From NCBI GenBank assembly GCA_965222155.1, contig CBDCTH010000004.1, positions 224,001-288,000 on the forward strand: DNA of 64,000 bases. Direction: 5' to 3'. The notes beneath the pieces were generated by a model that was not told where the DNA came from, made no database searches, and saw only the letters and a program-made list of their open reading frames with translations. Positions 9,452-19,397 of this stretch are shown here, in pieces; the first letter of the stretch is position 1, and each line of letters opens with the position of its first letter. The DNA is from Gammaproteobacteria bacterium (GTDB lineage Bacteria > Pseudomonadota > Gammaproteobacteria > Eutrophobiales > Eutrophobiaceae). Made by a program: the position numbers and the translations under genes.

Positions 9452-9979
9452 TTACAATCCCATGTACTTCGACTTCAGGCGCACGTAATATTCCGCGGCA
9501 AAGTCCAGGTAGGCCAGTTCTTCGTTTGTCAGCTTACGCACCTGGCGCGCCGGCGTCCCTACGTAGAGGTAACCGCTTTCAAGCACCTTCCCCGGTGACA
9601 CCAGGCTGCCGGCCCCGACGATCGTATCGGATTCGACCACGGCCTTGTCCAGGATAATCGAAGACATGCCGATTAAGCAGCGGTCCTTGATGGTACAGCC
9701 GTGCAGCATGACCTTGTGACCAACGGTCACGTTATCACCGACGCGCAACGGGTCGCCGCCGGGATTATGTTCATCATCATGGTTGACGTGCAGCACCGAT
9801 CCGTCCTGTATGCTGGTCCGGTTGCCGATGGTGATGGTGTTGACATCCCCCCGGATCACCGTCGTGGGCCAGACCGAGGAGTCTTCTCCTATCCTGACGT
9901 TGCCGATGACGACGGCCGTCTCATCGATAAAGGTGGATGCTGCAATGGCAGGTGTGATACCCTCAAACGTTCTGATCAT
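9452..9979 (-). CDS. Gamma carbonic anhydrase family protein (YrdA-like)
   Basis: Hexapeptide repeats; IRGDVN, IQDGSVLH, VTVGHKVMLHGC. Confidence 0.92.
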   Translation of the reverse strand: MIRTFEGITPAIAASTFIDETAVVIGNVRIGEDSSVWPTTVIRGDVNTITIGNRTSIQDGSVLHVNHDDEHNPGGDPLRVGDNVTVGHKVMLHGCTIKDRCLIGMSSIILDKAVVESDTIVGAGSLVSPGKVLESGYLYVGTPARQVRKLTNEELAYLDFAAEYYVRLKSKYMGL

Positions 9980-10051
9980 TATAATTTTCTGATTGTTATT
10001 GAAACTGCCGGTCACGTCCCTGACCGGGGTGTGATTACCGATCATATTAAC

Positions 10052-10376
10052 ATGCCTGACAGCTTGTATAGTCATACTCTGTTTATCGCCGCTGCGGTTT
10101 TTATAAGCTGCCGGTTGCTCATACCGGTCACGGGCCTGACGCTTGACGAAATGACGGCAGCGCCGTCCTTTACCCATAATACTGAGGGTGAGTGGTTGAA
10201 TTCCGCGCCACGATTTTTCCTACTGGTGCGCTCTGGGTAACCATTACTGGCCGTCATTCCATGTTTTTGACAAGCAAGGCAGGCTGCGCGCAACATTTTA
10301 TGGTGAGACCCACGAGGGAGACCGGCAGGCCAGGAATATTGAGGCAATCATCCAGGATCTGCTGACCGAGTCCTGA
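10052..10376 (+). pseudogene. Redoxin (TlpA/DipZ-like) with an internal deletion
   Basis: APSFTH-EWLNSAP joined out of frame to DFSYW-NHYWPSFHVFDKQGRLR-GETHEGD; the CxxC core is missing. Confidence 0.6.
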
Positions 10377-10404
10377 CCCGAATTTCTCAAGAATAATAAC
10401 CCCC

Positions 10405-11730
10405 ATGTCCAAAGCAAGTATCAGGCAACTCATCGATGAGAAACCCATCAGCGGTTTGCAGTTACGGGTCGTGTTCGGCTGTTTTGCCCTGAACATGCTG
10501 GATGGGTTCGACGTACTGGCCATTGCCTTTACCGCGCCCACCATCTCCCAGGAATGGCAACTGACGCCTTATGTGCTTGGTATTATTTTCAGCGCCGGCC
10601 TCATCGGCATGACTCTGGGTGCGGCGTTTATTGCCCCGTACACCGACGTCATCGGCCGGCGCGCGATGATATTGTTATCGCTGATCGCCATCGGCGTCAG
10701 CATGGCCTTGACCGGCATGACCACAAACGCCACACAGTTGATCATCATGCGGATCATTACGGGGCTGGGCATCGGCAGCATTCTTGCCAGTCTCACCAGC
10801 CTGGTTGCCGAATACACCCCGGCCAGGAAGCGCAGCCTGATGGTGGGTTTTATGCAGGTAGGTTATCCCCTGGGCGCCACCCTTGGTGGGTTTGCCGCGG
10901 TCTGGCTGATCCAGCAATCCGGCTGGTCGGCGGTATTTTATTGCGGCAGCATCCTGTCGTTTGCCGCGGCTATCTTTACTTATTATTTACTGCCTGAATC
11001 CATGGAATTTCTTTCCTCCCGGCAACCCGCGGGCGCCATGGACAAGATAAACCGGATCCTGGCCCGCATGGACTGGCCGCAATTGCAGGCCATGCCTGAG
11101 GCGCCGGCAGTCGCGCTAAAGCCGTCCGTCAGGCAGATATTGACTCCCGAATATCGAAACTGGACTTTACTGCTATGGGCCGGTTTTTTCATGGCGTTCC
11201 TGACCCTGTATTTCCTGTTCAGTTGGGTACCCAAGATTACTGTGGACGCCGGGCTGCCGGTGGATAAGGGGATCTACATCGGGACGGCGTTGAATTTCGG
11301 CGCGTTCATCGGAGGCACCTCACTGGGTTACCTGTCTGACCGGTTCGGGGTACGCCCCTTGATCATCTGGTTTTTTACCGGCGGCGTCATCTTCATGACA
11401 ATATTCGGATTTTCGCCGGCTGAGGTGGAGTTGCTGCTGGTATTAGCCTTCCTGATAGGCTTCTGCGTACTGGGCGGCTTTGTCGGTTTTTATATCTCAG
11501 CCGCGTGTCTGTACCATACGGAGATTCGCACGACCGGCGTAGGCTGGAGCATCGGCGCGGGACGGACCGGCGCGATCATCGGCCCTTACCTGGGTGGCGT
11601 GTTTATTGATGTGGGCTTCCCGTCGAGCGTGAATTTCATCATCTTTGCCATCCCGCTTGTCCTGGCTTGTGTCGCGATATACCTGTTGCGAGCGCCCCAA
11701 CTGGAGCCGGGTTATACAGTACAACATTAG
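10405..11730 (+). CDS. Aromatic acid:H+ symporter family MFS transporter (PcaK/BenK-like)
   Basis: LDGFDVLAIAFTAP, DVIGRR, AEYTP, IRTTGVGWSIGAGRTGAI. Confidence 0.9.
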   Translation: MSKASIRQLIDEKPISGLQLRVVFGCFALNMLDGFDVLAIAFTAPTISQEWQLTPYVLGIIFSAGLIGMTLGAAFIAPYTDVIGRRAMILLSLIAIGVSMALTGMTTNATQLIIMRIITGLGIGSILASLTSLVAEYTPARKRSLMVGFMQVGYPLGATLGGFAAVWLIQQSGWSAVFYCGSILSFAAAIFTYYLLPESMEFLSSRQPAGAMDKINRILARMDWPQLQAMPEAPAVALKPSVRQILTPEYRNWTLLLWAGFFMAFLTLYFLFSWVPKITVDAGLPVDKGIYIGTALNFGAFIGGTSLGYLSDRFGVRPLIIWFFTGGVIFMTIFGFSPAEVELLLVLAFLIGFCVLGGFVGFYISAACLYHTEIRTTGVGWSIGAGRTGAIIGPYLGGVFIDVGFPSSVNFIIFAIPLVLACVAIYLLRAPQLEPGYTVQH

Positions 11731-11805
11731 CCCGGATTTCTCACCAGGTCGCTGGTTGCTATCTCGATATTTGGGGTTAGAGTAAAAATACAGTCAGTTT
11801 GGCAA
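11731..11805. repeat. Single CCCGGATTTCTCACCAGG MITE end abutting a GGGGTYAGAGTAAAAAT REP end
   Basis: Matches the reverse complement of 6345-6378 and matches 24043-24075. Confidence 0.6.
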
Positions 11806-11815
11806 AACGCCACGA

Positions 11816-12652
11816 TCATCCCGAAATAATCGTATTACCCAACGTGCCGATGGCCTCCAGTTCCACCTCGACCCTGTCACCTGGGGACATGAAAAGCTGC
11901 GGCTTCCGTTTATAGCCGACCCCGCCGGGGGTGCCGGAGGCGATGATATCGCCGGGTTCCAGGGTGGTGAACGTGGAAAGGTAGGCCAGGAGTACGGGAA
12001 TGGGGAACAGCATCAGGTCCGTTGTCGTGCTTTGCACCGTTGTGCCGTTCAGACGGGTTTCAAGCCGGTAACCGGCATTGGGGTCCGGTATTTCCCCGGC
12101 AGGGATCATCCAGGGGCCACAGGCGCCGGAGCCGTCAAAGTTTTTGCCCGGGATGTACTGTGTTGTATGGTTCTGGTAATCACGCATCGTCCCGTCCATG
12201 AAACAACTGTAGCCGGCGACGTGGTCAAGCGCCTGTTCGGGACGGATGCGCCGGCCCGGTTTGCCGATAATGACGGCCAGTTCGCCTTCATAATCGAACT
12301 TGTCACTTTCCCCTGGTTTGAGCAGGGCCTGGCCATGGCCCGAGACCGAGGCAGGGAAGCGGGTAAAGATAAGCGGGTATGTTGTCTTTGCCCCACCCAT
12401 TTCATCCCGGTGCGCGGCGTAATTCTGGCCGACGCAGAGGATGCGGGACGGGTCCGGAATGGGCGGCAGGAAGGTGATTTCGTCCAGCGCCACTTTTTTG
12501 CCCGTTGCGGCGGCACCAGCGCAGGCCGCCAGGTTGTGCTTGCGGATAGCGGCTTTCAGGGAGGGTTCACAATGGCTCAGGTTCGCTATGACCGCGCCAT
12601 CCACCAGGCCCCAGCCCGGTTTGTTATTGTGCAGGTAAGAGACGAAACGCAT
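11816..12652 (-). CDS. Fumarylacetoacetate hydrolase family protein
   Basis: CVGQNY, DYEGELAVIIGK, GKNFD, LEPGDIIASGTPGGVG. Confidence 0.92.
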   Translation of the reverse strand: MRFVSYLHNNKPGWGLVDGAVIANLSHCEPSLKAAIRKHNLAACAGAAATGKKVALDEITFLPPIPDPSRILCVGQNYAAHRDEMGGAKTTYPLIFTRFPASVSGHGQALLKPGESDKFDYEGELAVIIGKPGRRIRPEQALDHVAGYSCFMDGTMRDYQNHTTQYIPGKNFDGSGACGPWMIPAGEIPDPNAGYRLETRLNGTTVQSTTTDLMLFPIPVLLAYLSTFTTLEPGDIIASGTPGGVGYKRKPQLFMSPGDRVEVELEAIGTLGNTIISG

Positions 12653-12653
12653 G

Positions 12654-13661
12654 TCAGCTTTCAGTCCTGACGGTTCGAAAGCCTATATGCGCGGCACCCA
12701 GTGTGGTTTCCTGTGGATGCTTGGCGGCAGGCCGGTAACGCCGGCAATAATTTTCCGCACATAGATAGGATCCGCCCTTGATTACCTTGACCGGCACCCC
12801 GGGTTGGCGCGGATCATGGCCTGTCGTCCCAGCGGGCGCCTGTTGCGAGTTCACCGGGTAATACCAGTCATCAACCCACTCCCACACGTTACCGATCATA
12901 TCGTACAGGCCGTAACCGTTGGCGGGGAAACAACCTGTCGGAGCGGTAGCGAGGAAGTTATCTTCATTGTCGTTCATTACCGGGAATACCCCTTGCCAGG
13001 TGTTGGCCTGGTGTTTCCCGTCAACCAGGTACTCGTTGCCCCAGGCGAAATAGGCCTTATCCAGGCCGCCCCGGGCCGCGTACTCCCACTGCGCCTCCGT
13101 CGGCAGATCATGCCCCAGCCAGTCTGCAAAAGCCCGGCCGTCCTGGTAGGTGATATGCACGACGGGATGATCATCCCGGCCTTCGATTGAACTGCCGGGC
13201 CCGGCCGGTTCCCGCCAGTAGGCCCCGGGGACGAAACGCCACCACTGTGTCAGCTTGCCGGCTGAGTCCGTGGGCATGACAAATATGACGGAACCGGGTT
13301 GCAGCAGGGCAGGATCAATGTCCGGAAAGTCATTCGGGTGCGGCCGGCGTTCCGCCACGGTGACGTAACCGGTCGCCTTGACGAATTCGCCGAACCTCGC
13401 ATTGGTCACTTCATACCTGTCGATCCAGAAGCCGTCGACCTCCATTTCCTGCGGCGGTCCTTCTTCGGGATAAAAATCTGCCGCGCCTTTGGTGAAACTG
13501 CCGCCTTCGATCCAGACCATATCGTCCTGTCCCGCCGGTTTGTTGCAGCTTGCCTGTGAGTGAGGCGCGTCACTCACTATTCGCCTGCCGTCCATGGCTG
13601 CAAAATACCCCAGCAGGGCGACGACCCCCAGGATGAATGCGATGAGCAGGGATTTCTTCAT
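12654..13661 (-). CDS. Formylglycine-generating enzyme (SUMF1/FGE) family protein
   Basis: LPTEAQWEYAARGG, GLYDMIGNVWEW, KGGSYLCAENYCRRYRPA, HIGFR. Confidence 0.92.
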   Translation of the reverse strand: MKKSLLIAFILGVVALLGYFAAMDGRRIVSDAPHSQASCNKPAGQDDMVWIEGGSFTKGAADFYPEEGPPQEMEVDGFWIDRYEVTNARFGEFVKATGYVTVAERRPHPNDFPDIDPALLQPGSVIFVMPTDSAGKLTQWWRFVPGAYWREPAGPGSSIEGRDDHPVVHITYQDGRAFADWLGHDLPTEAQWEYAARGGLDKAYFAWGNEYLVDGKHQANTWQGVFPVMNDNEDNFLATAPTGCFPANGYGLYDMIGNVWEWVDDWYYPVNSQQAPAGTTGHDPRQPGVPVKVIKGGSYLCAENYCRRYRPAAKHPQETTLGAAHIGFRTVRTES

Positions 13662-13679
13662 CGAATCATATTACCACAA

Positions 13680-13795
13680 GTGCTCCCGCTAACTCCCGGG
13701 AGCGAGGGCATCCTGCCCTCGTGGAGGGCGAGACGCCCTCCCTCCCAGTGAAACATGCCCCAGGACTCCTGGGGACAGATTTAAATCTGTCCCTC
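13680..13795. repeat. Composite REP-like repeat copy
   Basis: Matches 870-985 and 26704-26822. Confidence 0.85.
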
Positions 13796-13939
13796 CCCCT
13801 GTCTTTCGGCAAACATCACTGTATTGACCTCGATGTAGCGGGAGCACCTGATACCATTATTCAGTTTGTAATCAGCTTCATTCGATAATATACTTCCGAG
13901 CATATTTTTATCGACAATTTTCAAGGAGGAAAACCTGCT

Positions 13940-14185
13940 ATGGGCATGATCATTTCGGAAGTTTATGATGCGTTAATTGATGCCGGCGCAGCGGAAGGCA
14001 AGGCGATAGCGGCAGCCTCGGTACTGTTACCACAAAACATGATTGAAACTTCATTGAACAATATTGAAACCCGGTTAACTCATATTGAGGAATCCGTTGA
14101 TCACATGAAGCTCAATTTAGCCATTTTGAGTTATATTTACGGCCCTGTAACAGTGGGCCTGCTTATCAAACTGGCTTTTTTCTGA
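13940..14185 (+). CDS. Small coiled-coil protein with C-terminal TM helix
   Basis: AGGAGG RBS; ISEVYDALIDAGAAEGKAIAAA N-terminus, heptad middle, hydrophobic tail. Confidence 0.65.
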   Translation: MGMIISEVYDALIDAGAAEGKAIAAASVLLPQNMIETSLNNIETRLTHIEESVDHMKLNLAILSYIYGPVTVGLLIKLAFF

Positions 14186-14203
14186 TTCTTTTCCCATTCC
14201 GAC

Positions 14204-15085
14204 ATGCCCTACAAGCTCGTTTTACTGGAAACGGCCAGGAAACTTGCCGAACAACACGATTTTGACGGGGCATCCTTAAGGGAAGCCATCCCTTACCTGG
14301 AGGCCTTCCAGGGGAAGAAGTTTGTCCTCAAGATCGGCGGTTCGGTGTTGCAGGATGAACGCCTGATACCCTCACTGGTGAGCGATGTCGTGTTCCTGAA
14401 GCGCCTGGATATCAATGTCATCCTCGTTCACGGCGGCGCCCGGCAACTGGACCGCCACATGCAATCGCGGGGGATGGAACCGAGCAAGCTGGACGGACTG
14501 CGGGTGACTACCCTGGAAGTCCTGGAACTGGCGAACGAGGTATTCTTGGAAATCAGCTATAAAATCAGGGACGCGGTCGCCAATCGGGGGTACCGGGGCA
14601 TCATATTCGACCGTTCCAGCGGCCTGGTTTGTTCCCGGCGGAAACACGCCGACCTGGGTTACGTTGGTGAACCGGTGCGCGTGGATACGTCTCTGCTGGA
14701 ACAATTACCAACAGAAGCCGTTCCAATCGTCACGGCGATAACCTCGGGGGAGGAACCCCGGGAACCCGGTTACAACGTCAATGCCGATGAAGTGGCCAGC
14801 GCCATCGCCCAGGAGATCAAGGCAGAAAAACTGATCCTGATGACCGATGAGGACGGGGTGAAGGACGGCCGCGGCGATTTGTTGCCGTCGCTCACGCAGC
14901 GACAGGCGGAAGCCCTCATCGAAGCAGGGGTAATTTATGGCGGTATGATTCCCAAGGTGCAAGCCTGCCTGGAGCCGCTGCAACACGGCGTAAAAAAGTC
15001 CCATATCATCAAGGGAGAGGCCGATTCCTTTATCAATGAGATCCTGACCGATGCCGGCGTCGGCACGGAATTCATCCTGGAATAG
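14204..15085 (+). CDS. argB: Acetylglutamate kinase
   Basis: VLKIGGS, VHGG, GLRVT, YNVNAD, GGMIPKV. Confidence 0.9.
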   Translation: MPYKLVLLETARKLAEQHDFDGASLREAIPYLEAFQGKKFVLKIGGSVLQDERLIPSLVSDVVFLKRLDINVILVHGGARQLDRHMQSRGMEPSKLDGLRVTTLEVLELANEVFLEISYKIRDAVANRGYRGIIFDRSSGLVCSRRKHADLGYVGEPVRVDTSLLEQLPTEAVPIVTAITSGEEPREPGYNVNADEVASAIAQEIKAEKLILMTDEDGVKDGRGDLLPSLTQRQAEALIEAGVIYGGMIPKVQACLEPLQHGVKKSHIIKGEADSFINEILTDAGVGTEFILE

Positions 15086-15273
15086 CTGAAAATCGGGCAC
15101 TGTCCCCGGTTCCTTTCTGTTTCCCGGTTTTCTGAGGTTTCCTTCGAATTGGCCAATTATATGGCCAAATATTCAATTATTTCTTGACGAATATAATTTT
15201 ATGTTCTATAAAACATAGAGTTATTAAATTTATAACCGGCCAACAAAGTGGCCAAAATATTGGTTATACAGGA

Positions 15274-16485
15274 ATGGTTACGACAAGTCACGATTTTACG
15301 CCGTTTATTCCAGGCGATGAAGCATTAAACGAGTCTGAGCTACCGGATTTAGTGATGTCAATGGTGCGGGCTGATGCAAAACTGGCTGGCTGTTTGTCAG
15401 AGGTGACGAAGGAAACGATTCGTCAATATATGGCAGTCGTAAACTCATATTATTCCAACCTGATTGAGGGTAACCATACCCACCCACATGAAATCCGTGC
15501 TGCGCAAAGAGGTGAGTATCATGATGATCCCTTAAAAAGAGATTTACAGGTAGAATCCGTTGCACATATCCATGTTCAGAACTGGATAAAGCAGCAAGAC
15601 TTTGACCAGGATTCAATATATTCATGCGATTTTTTGAAAGCTGTTCATAGAGAGTTTTATGTACAACTCCCTGAGCATATGCTGGAAATCAAAGATGAAG
15701 AGGGAAAATTAAAAGGTAAGATAGTACCGGGAGAATGGCGTACCGACCCTGTCAAAGTAGGCTTGCATGTCCCGCCGTATGCGGACCATCTGGATTCACT
15801 AATGCAGCAGTTTTGTGAGATATACCATCCCGGCAAGTATAGCGGGGACAGGAAATATATCGCGCTTATGTCTGCACATCACAGATTTGTCTGGATTCAT
15901 CCGTTTCTTGATGGTAATGGAAGAGTTGTCAGGTTATTTACCGACGCGGCGCTGTCCGGTCTTGGACTGAACAGTGTAGGGGTGTGGTGTATCAGTCGTG
16001 GTTTAGCCAGAACGATGAATGATTACAAGACTTTACTGGCACGGGCGGATTTCGCTCGACAAGGTGTCCATGATGGCCGTGGCCTGTTAAGCCAGGAGAA
16101 CCTGGTGGACTTTTGCCGATACATGCTTGTTGCGGCAATTGATCAGATTAAGTATATAACCGGCTTACTTGAACTGGGACAAATGCAAAAAAGAATATCA
16201 AGATACATACAAGCGCGAAATGATCTTCGTGTGCCGGCAATCAGCGCCGAAATCAAGGAAGCGGCTTCACTTGTCCTGTATCACGCTTTCATCAATGGTG
16301 AACTGGAGCGTCAAATGGCTTATGAACTGTGCGGGATGCCGGATCGTAGCGCACGCAGATTACTTGCTCAATTAAAGGATGAAGGCTTGTTAACAGAAAC
16401 ATCTTCACGGTCACCGTTCAAGTGGTCCATACCTGAACATGCGGAACCCTGGTATTTCCCTCAATTAGTACCGGGACAAGTATAG
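15274..16485 (+). CDS. Fic family protein with C-terminal HTH-like region
   Basis: NSYYSNLIEG and HPFLDGNGR motifs. Confidence 0.92.
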   Translation: MVTTSHDFTPFIPGDEALNESELPDLVMSMVRADAKLAGCLSEVTKETIRQYMAVVNSYYSNLIEGNHTHPHEIRAAQRGEYHDDPLKRDLQVESVAHIHVQNWIKQQDFDQDSIYSCDFLKAVHREFYVQLPEHMLEIKDEEGKLKGKIVPGEWRTDPVKVGLHVPPYADHLDSLMQQFCEIYHPGKYSGDRKYIALMSAHHRFVWIHPFLDGNGRVVRLFTDAALSGLGLNSVGVWCISRGLARTMNDYKTLLARADFARQGVHDGRGLLSQENLVDFCRYMLVAAIDQIKYITGLLELGQMQKRISRYIQARNDLRVPAISAEIKEAASLVLYHAFINGELERQMAYELCGMPDRSARRLLAQLKDEGLLTETSSRSPFKWSIPEHAEPWYFPQLVPGQV

Positions 16486-16549
16486 CTGCTGGTATAAACG
16501 GGATAGACCATAGACGGGGACGGCCCCTGTTATTTTGGGCGTCGATTTG

Positions 16550-17389
16550 TTATGTGATCGCATCCGGCGGATAATCAGCCGGGTCGAACGCCGGTTCGGG
16601 GAAGCGGGGATCCATGTCTTCCAGGGTATCGACTAGCAGGCGGCTGATTACCAGGTTGCGAAACCAGCGGTTTTCCGCAGGGATCACGTACCAGGGCGCA
16701 TAAGAAGTCGAGCAGCGCCGCAGCATGTGGTGATAGGCTTCCACGTAGTCATCCCAGCGCTCCCGGTCGCGCAAGTCGTCCGGGACAAATTTCCAGTGTT
16801 TATCAGGGCGGCGCAGCCGTCGTTTCAGCCGTTTGAGCTGGTAGTCTTTGGATATGTGCAGCATCACCTTGACGATACGCGTACCGTGGTCGGTCAGCAT
16901 TTTTTCAAAGTCATTGATATGCCCGTAGCGTTTCTCGATGAGGTCGGGCGGCGCCCAGCCGTAGACACGCACGATCAATACGTCTTCGTAATGGGAACGG
17001 TTGAAGACGCCGATGCTGCCTTTTCGTGGCGCGTGAGAGTGGATGCGCCAGAGGAAATCACGCGCCATTTCCGCGTGGTTCGGTGACTTGAAGTTCGTCA
17101 CCCGGCAGGCCTGGGGATTCAGCGGCGCCATCACGTGGCGAATGGTGCTGTCCTTGCCGGCAGTGTCCATGGCCTGCAGCACCAGCAGCAGCGATTGCTT
17201 TGACTCGGCAAAAAGCCGTTGTTGCAGTTCATCGAGACGCTTTTGCAGCATCGCAAGCTGTTCTCCCACTTCCTGCTTGACCTGCCCTTTGACCAGTCCC
17301 TGAGTATCACCTGGATCAATATCCGTCAGTGAAAATGAACCGTCCTGGGGTACGCGGTATTTTGAATAATCCAATGAAAAGCCAGCCAT
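16550..17389 (-). CDS. ppk2: Polyphosphate kinase 2 family
   Basis: LQAMDTAGKDSTI, FNRSHYEDVL, APWYVIPA. Confidence 0.92.
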   Translation of the reverse strand: MAGFSLDYSKYRVPQDGSFSLTDIDPGDTQGLVKGQVKQEVGEQLAMLQKRLDELQQRLFAESKQSLLLVLQAMDTAGKDSTIRHVMAPLNPQACRVTNFKSPNHAEMARDFLWRIHSHAPRKGSIGVFNRSHYEDVLIVRVYGWAPPDLIEKRYGHINDFEKMLTDHGTRIVKVMLHISKDYQLKRLKRRLRRPDKHWKFVPDDLRDRERWDDYVEAYHHMLRRCSTSYAPWYVIPAENRWFRNLVISRLLVDTLEDMDPRFPEPAFDPADYPPDAIT

Positions 17390-17515
17390 GTATCACTCCC
17401 GGGATGTTATTTGCAAACCGGCAATACGATAGCATTATAACCGCTGAATAACCAACGGCGCCGGGCGCTGTACCCCCATATCAGGATTGTTGATTGAAAT
17501 GTGTGTTAATCTTCC

Positions 17516-17538
17516 TTAGTATTTGCATGAAATACTAA
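17516..17538. promoter_or_regulatory. Putative operator upstream of the hpa cluster
   Basis: Perfect inverted repeat TTAGTATTT-N5-AAATACTAA in the divergent ppk2/hpaH intergenic region. Confidence 0.45.
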
Positions 17539-17596
17539 ACCTCCCGTATGTGCTACAACTTGCAACCTGCCTGTCGAGGGCAGTTGACGCCATAAC

Positions 17597-18400
17597 ATGC
17601 TGAACGATTTACAGACCACCAAAGCCGCTGAAGCCATCCATGCGGCGGAAACAAATCACCGGCAGGCACGGGCAATAACCCTTGAACATCCTGACATGAG
17701 CCTGGATGACGCCTACCGGATCCAGGCAAAATGGATGGCAATCAAACAGGCTGAAGGGCGTGAAATCAGAGGATACAAGATCGGCCTGACCTCGCGTGCG
17801 ATGCAGGTGGTCATGCACATCGACGAGCCGGATTACGGTACCTTGCTGGATGACATGTTTTTTGCAGACGGCGCCGAGATAGAGGCCGCGAAATTTACCG
17901 ATCCCAGGATAGAGGTCGAGTTGGCGTTTATCCTGAAGGACAGGCTGGCGGGTGAGAACGTGACCGTCGCCGACGTGCTAAATGCAACGGATTACGTGGT
18001 GCCGGCCCTGGAACTGATCGCGGCCCGCACCTACCGGGTTGATCCGGATAGCGGTTACGTGCGCAGGATACAGGACACCATTGCCGATAACGCTGCCGGC
18101 GCCGGCGTCATCATGGGAGGACAACGTATCAAACCCGATAGTATGGATCTGCGCTGGTGCGGCGCCCTGCTTTACCGGAATGGCGTGGTGGAAGAGACCG
18201 GTCTGGCCGCGGGCGTGCTGGATCATCCTGCCAACGGGATAGCCTGGATCGCAAAACGCTTTGCGCCCCACGGTATCGCGCTGGAACCCGGCCAGGTACT
18301 GCTGTCAGGTTCGTTCACCCGGCCCGTGCTTGCCCGTCCGGGCGATGCGTTCCGGGCCGATTACGGGAAACTGGGAAGTATCGATTGCCGCTTCGGGTAA
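17597..18400 (+). CDS. hpaH: 2-oxo-hept-4-ene-1,7-dioate hydratase
   Basis: KIGLTSRAMQ, EPDYG, RIEVELAF, DTIADNAA, LSGSFTRP; cluster context. Confidence 0.92.
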   Translation: MLNDLQTTKAAEAIHAAETNHRQARAITLEHPDMSLDDAYRIQAKWMAIKQAEGREIRGYKIGLTSRAMQVVMHIDEPDYGTLLDDMFFADGAEIEAAKFTDPRIEVELAFILKDRLAGENVTVADVLNATDYVVPALELIAARTYRVDPDSGYVRRIQDTIADNAAGAGVIMGGQRIKPDSMDLRWCGALLYRNGVVEETGLAAGVLDHPANGIAWIAKRFAPHGIALEPGQVLLSGSFTRPVLARPGDAFRADYGKLGSIDCRFG

Positions 18401-18419
18401 CGAATATTTGATGTGCACC

Positions 18420-18551
18420 TTCCCTGGCACACACCCTACGGGCGTCCTTCGGACGTCCAAATCCGCTCCTGGCGGATTTGTGGGGTCAGAGTAATAATAC
18501 GGCCGGGTCAGCAATGTGTTGATTTATGGTTGCGCATTTTTACTCTGACCC
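18420..18551. repeat. Intergenic hairpin repeat plus REPIN-like GGGGTCAGAGTAA...TTACTCTGACCC element
   Basis: CAAATCCGCTCCTGGCGGATTTG hairpin; same ends as 24043-24115. Confidence 0.7.
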
Positions 18552-18611
18552 GAAATACCCTGTGCCTTCTGTGGACAGAGATTGTTAAAAAATATAATAC
18601 AGGAGAGATGA

Positions 18612-19397
18612 ATGGAATTACCCATTAACCGCCTGAAACAGGCCCTGGCTGCCGGCCGGACGCAATACGGTCTGTGGCTGGGTTTGCCGGACACCACCTG
18701 CGCCGAGATCTGTGCCATTGCCGGCTTTGACTGGCTGGTCATCGACGCGGAGCATGGTCCTTTCGACCTGCCTGCGGTGCTTGGCCATTTACGGACTATT
18801 GCAGCGTACGACGTAGCGGCTGCCGTACGTCCGGTATCTGATGATCGCAATGTATTGAAACAACTCCTGGATACGGGAGCACAGACCCTGGTAGTGCCGA
18901 TGATCGAATCAGCTGAACAGGCGGCAGAGCTGGTACGGTCAGTGCGCTACCCGCCGGCCGGGGTGCGCGGTCTTGGCACATCCCTGGCCAGGGCGGCGCG
19001 CTGGGGCAGGATACCCGGATACCTGCACAACGCGAACGAGCAGATCTGCCTGATCGTGCAGGTAGAGACCCTACGCGCGGTACAGGCATTACCCGGCATA
19101 CTGGAAGTCGACGGTGTCGACGGCGTATTCGTCGGGCCGTCCGATCTGTCTGCTTCCATGGGCCATATCGGCAATGCACGCCACCCGGACGTCGTCAAGG
19201 TGATCCGGGAGATCCTGCAAAAGACCCGCGCCGCAGGCAAGGCCGCGGGTATTCTCGTCATTGATCCGGCCCAGGCCCAGGAATACCGGGACTGCGGCGC
19301 AAATATGATCGGTATCGGCACGGATACCTTGCTGCTTGCCAACAGCGCTCAGCAACTTGCCGACAGTGTAAAAAGCGGGAAAGCCTCCAGTCAGTGA
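18612..19397 (+). CDS. hpaI: 4-hydroxy-2-oxoheptanedioate aldolase
   Basis: DWLVIDAEHGP, QLLDTGAQTLVVPM, FVGPSDLSASMG. Confidence 0.92.
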   Translation: MELPINRLKQALAAGRTQYGLWLGLPDTTCAEICAIAGFDWLVIDAEHGPFDLPAVLGHLRTIAAYDVAAAVRPVSDDRNVLKQLLDTGAQTLVVPMIESAEQAAELVRSVRYPPAGVRGLGTSLARAARWGRIPGYLHNANEQICLIVQVETLRAVQALPGILEVDGVDGVFVGPSDLSASMGHIGNARHPDVVKVIREILQKTRAAGKAAGILVIDPAQAQEYRDCGANMIGIGTDTLLLANSAQQLADSVKSGKASSQ

